NCBI RefSeq assembly: GCF_003019035.1
Contig: NZ_CP027447.1
Origin: Escherichia coli
Lineage (GTDB): Bacteria; Pseudomonadota; Gammaproteobacteria; Enterobacterales; Enterobacteriaceae
Reading direction: 5' to 3' (one strand)
Length of the DNA stretch: 64,000 bases
Made by a program: the position numbers and the translations under genes. This document shows positions 63,116 to 64,000 of the stretch, in pieces; the first letter of the stretch is position 1; every line of letters begins with the position of its first letter. The notes beneath the pieces are model-generated. The model did no database searches. It was not told the DNA's origin and worked only from the letters and a program-made list of their open reading frames with translations.

Positions 63116-64000
63116 GTAAAGAGAAGCAAACAGTTAACGGGGATGTGGGTAACGTTGTCAGCGGTGATGTTACCATTCATAACTATTCTGCTGACATACT
63201 TCCTTCTGCCCAGCAACCAATTTCGTTGCTGCAAAAACGCGATTTACACAGATTGATGGATGAATTGGTTGATCTGGGGGAAAGTAAGCGCGAGCTATGG
63301 ATGACGATCCACACGAAACTTAATACCAAAACAGTTAATGAAATGACTGCGGCTGATTATCATGGTGCGGTTGAGATCCTTCAGAGATATGCACAACAGA
63401 TCCAGAATATGAAGGACTGTAATCTTCTGGTCAGCAAAATAATGGCGCTTACTGACCCTGGGTATCGTCTTGACCGTGACAGATACTGTCTGAAGCATTT
63501 CGGTACAACCCATCTTAAAGGCCTGGACAAAGAGCAGTTGCAGGCTGTGTTTGGTTATTTTGATGATCTGCTGAATATTCGTGATGAGAGTAAAACTCTA
63601 TCACCTCCATCGGAAAGCGGTGCAAAATCAGTCGCAACTGTACCAACCAGAAGCCGGAAGCCTCATGTAGTAGTGTTGGGGGGAGCGTTAGTTCTTGTAG
63701 CAATATTTTTCGTGGGAATGATTGTGTTCGCTGGTAAATGGGGAAATGCTAAAGCAGTAGCTTCTACTGAAACCAGCGTTTTTAACATTAAAACCAACGA
63801 CAAAATAATAGAAGATTCCATCCCCGCACTGCGCAGCATGTTTCCAGGATTAAATAAGTACTCAGATGATTTCCATTCGGTTTCAAGCTACAAGCAAAAA
63901 ACGGGCTGGCATACCCTTAAATTTACTGTATCAGCAAAGGCATCCGTCCCCGAAAATTATAGTGTTAAGGGCAAGGTTTGTTACATTAACATAAACCCTG
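63112..64000 (+). CDS. hypothetical single-pass membrane protein, 3' partial (runs off window end)
   Basis: Hand-translated open frame from ATG 63112 with no stop before 64000 (absent from ORF track because incomplete); ATG overlaps repressor stop (ATGA); TM helix VVVLGGALVLVAIFFVGMIVFAG. Confidence 0.6.
   Translation, partial: MSKEKQTVNGDVGNVVSGDVTIHNYSADILPSAQQPISLLQKRDLHRLMDELVDLGESKRELWMTIHTKLNTKTVNEMTAADYHGAVEILQRYAQQIQNMKDCNLLVSKIMALTDPGYRLDRDRYCLKHFGTTHLKGLDKEQLQAVFGYFDDLLNIRDESKTLSPPSESGAKSVATVPTRSRKPHVVVLGGALVLVAIFFVGMIVFAGKWGNAKAVASTETSVFNIKTNDKIIEDSIPALRSMFPGLNKYSDDFHSVSSYKQKTGWHTLKFTVSAKASVPENYSVKGKVCYININP

Larger units (their letters stand above)
53430..64000 (-). mobile_element. 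Mu-like transposable prophage, early region (repressor, ner, transposase, partner ATPase, gam, gemA, mor); continues beyond window end; late genes absent on the mor side
   Basis: Colinear minus-strand operon with Mu-type order: Ner-like, DDE transposase, AAA+ ATPase, Gam homolog, GemA-like, Mor-like, with a divergent XRE repressor; inserted next to the ascB REP. Confidence 0.8.

Noticed and set aside
62690-64000. Possibility that the repressor and the downstream ORF are one gene split by a frameshift
   Set aside because: The downstream frame has an in-frame stop at 63061 upstream of its ATG, and the repressor frame hits stops soon after 63115; the shared motif therefore reflects duplication, not a broken fusion.

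Overview
Enterobacterial (Escherichia coli-like) chromosomal segment that follows the K-12 gene order from gabT to ascB, plus three accessory insertions and one tRNA array. All calls are by eye from the sequence and the ORF track; no searches were run. Comparisons to K-12 are from memory. Core genes, in order: gabT (5' partial), gabP, csiR, ygaU, yqaE, ygaV, ygaP, stpA, alaE, ygaC, ygaM, nrdHIEF, proVWX, ygaY, ygaZ, ygaH, mprA, emrA, emrB, luxS, micA sRNA, gshA, yqaA, yqaB, four identical tRNA-Arg plus tRNA-Ser, csrA, alaS, recX, recA, pncC, mltB, srlAEBD, gutM, srlR, gutQ, norR, norVW, hypF, hydN, ascG, ascF, ascB. Accessory content: (1) a divergent MocR-type regulator and AhpD/CMD-like gene pair between ygaM and nrdH; (2) a two-gene cassette between emrB and luxS encoding an ATP-dependent RNA-ligase-like protein and an HD-phosphohydrolase/P-loop-kinase fusion, a candidate RNA healing-and-sealing module; (3) from about 53.4 kb to the window end, the early region of a Mu-like transposable prophage on the minus strand (XRE repressor, Ner-like, DDE transposase, AAA+ partner ATPase, Gam, GemA, Mor) with no late genes before host DNA resumes. 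The best candidates for an undescribed system are the RNA ligase/HD-kinase cassette and two prophage cargo genes: a terminator-insulated membrane protein gene after mor, and a gene overlapping the repressor stop that runs off the window end.
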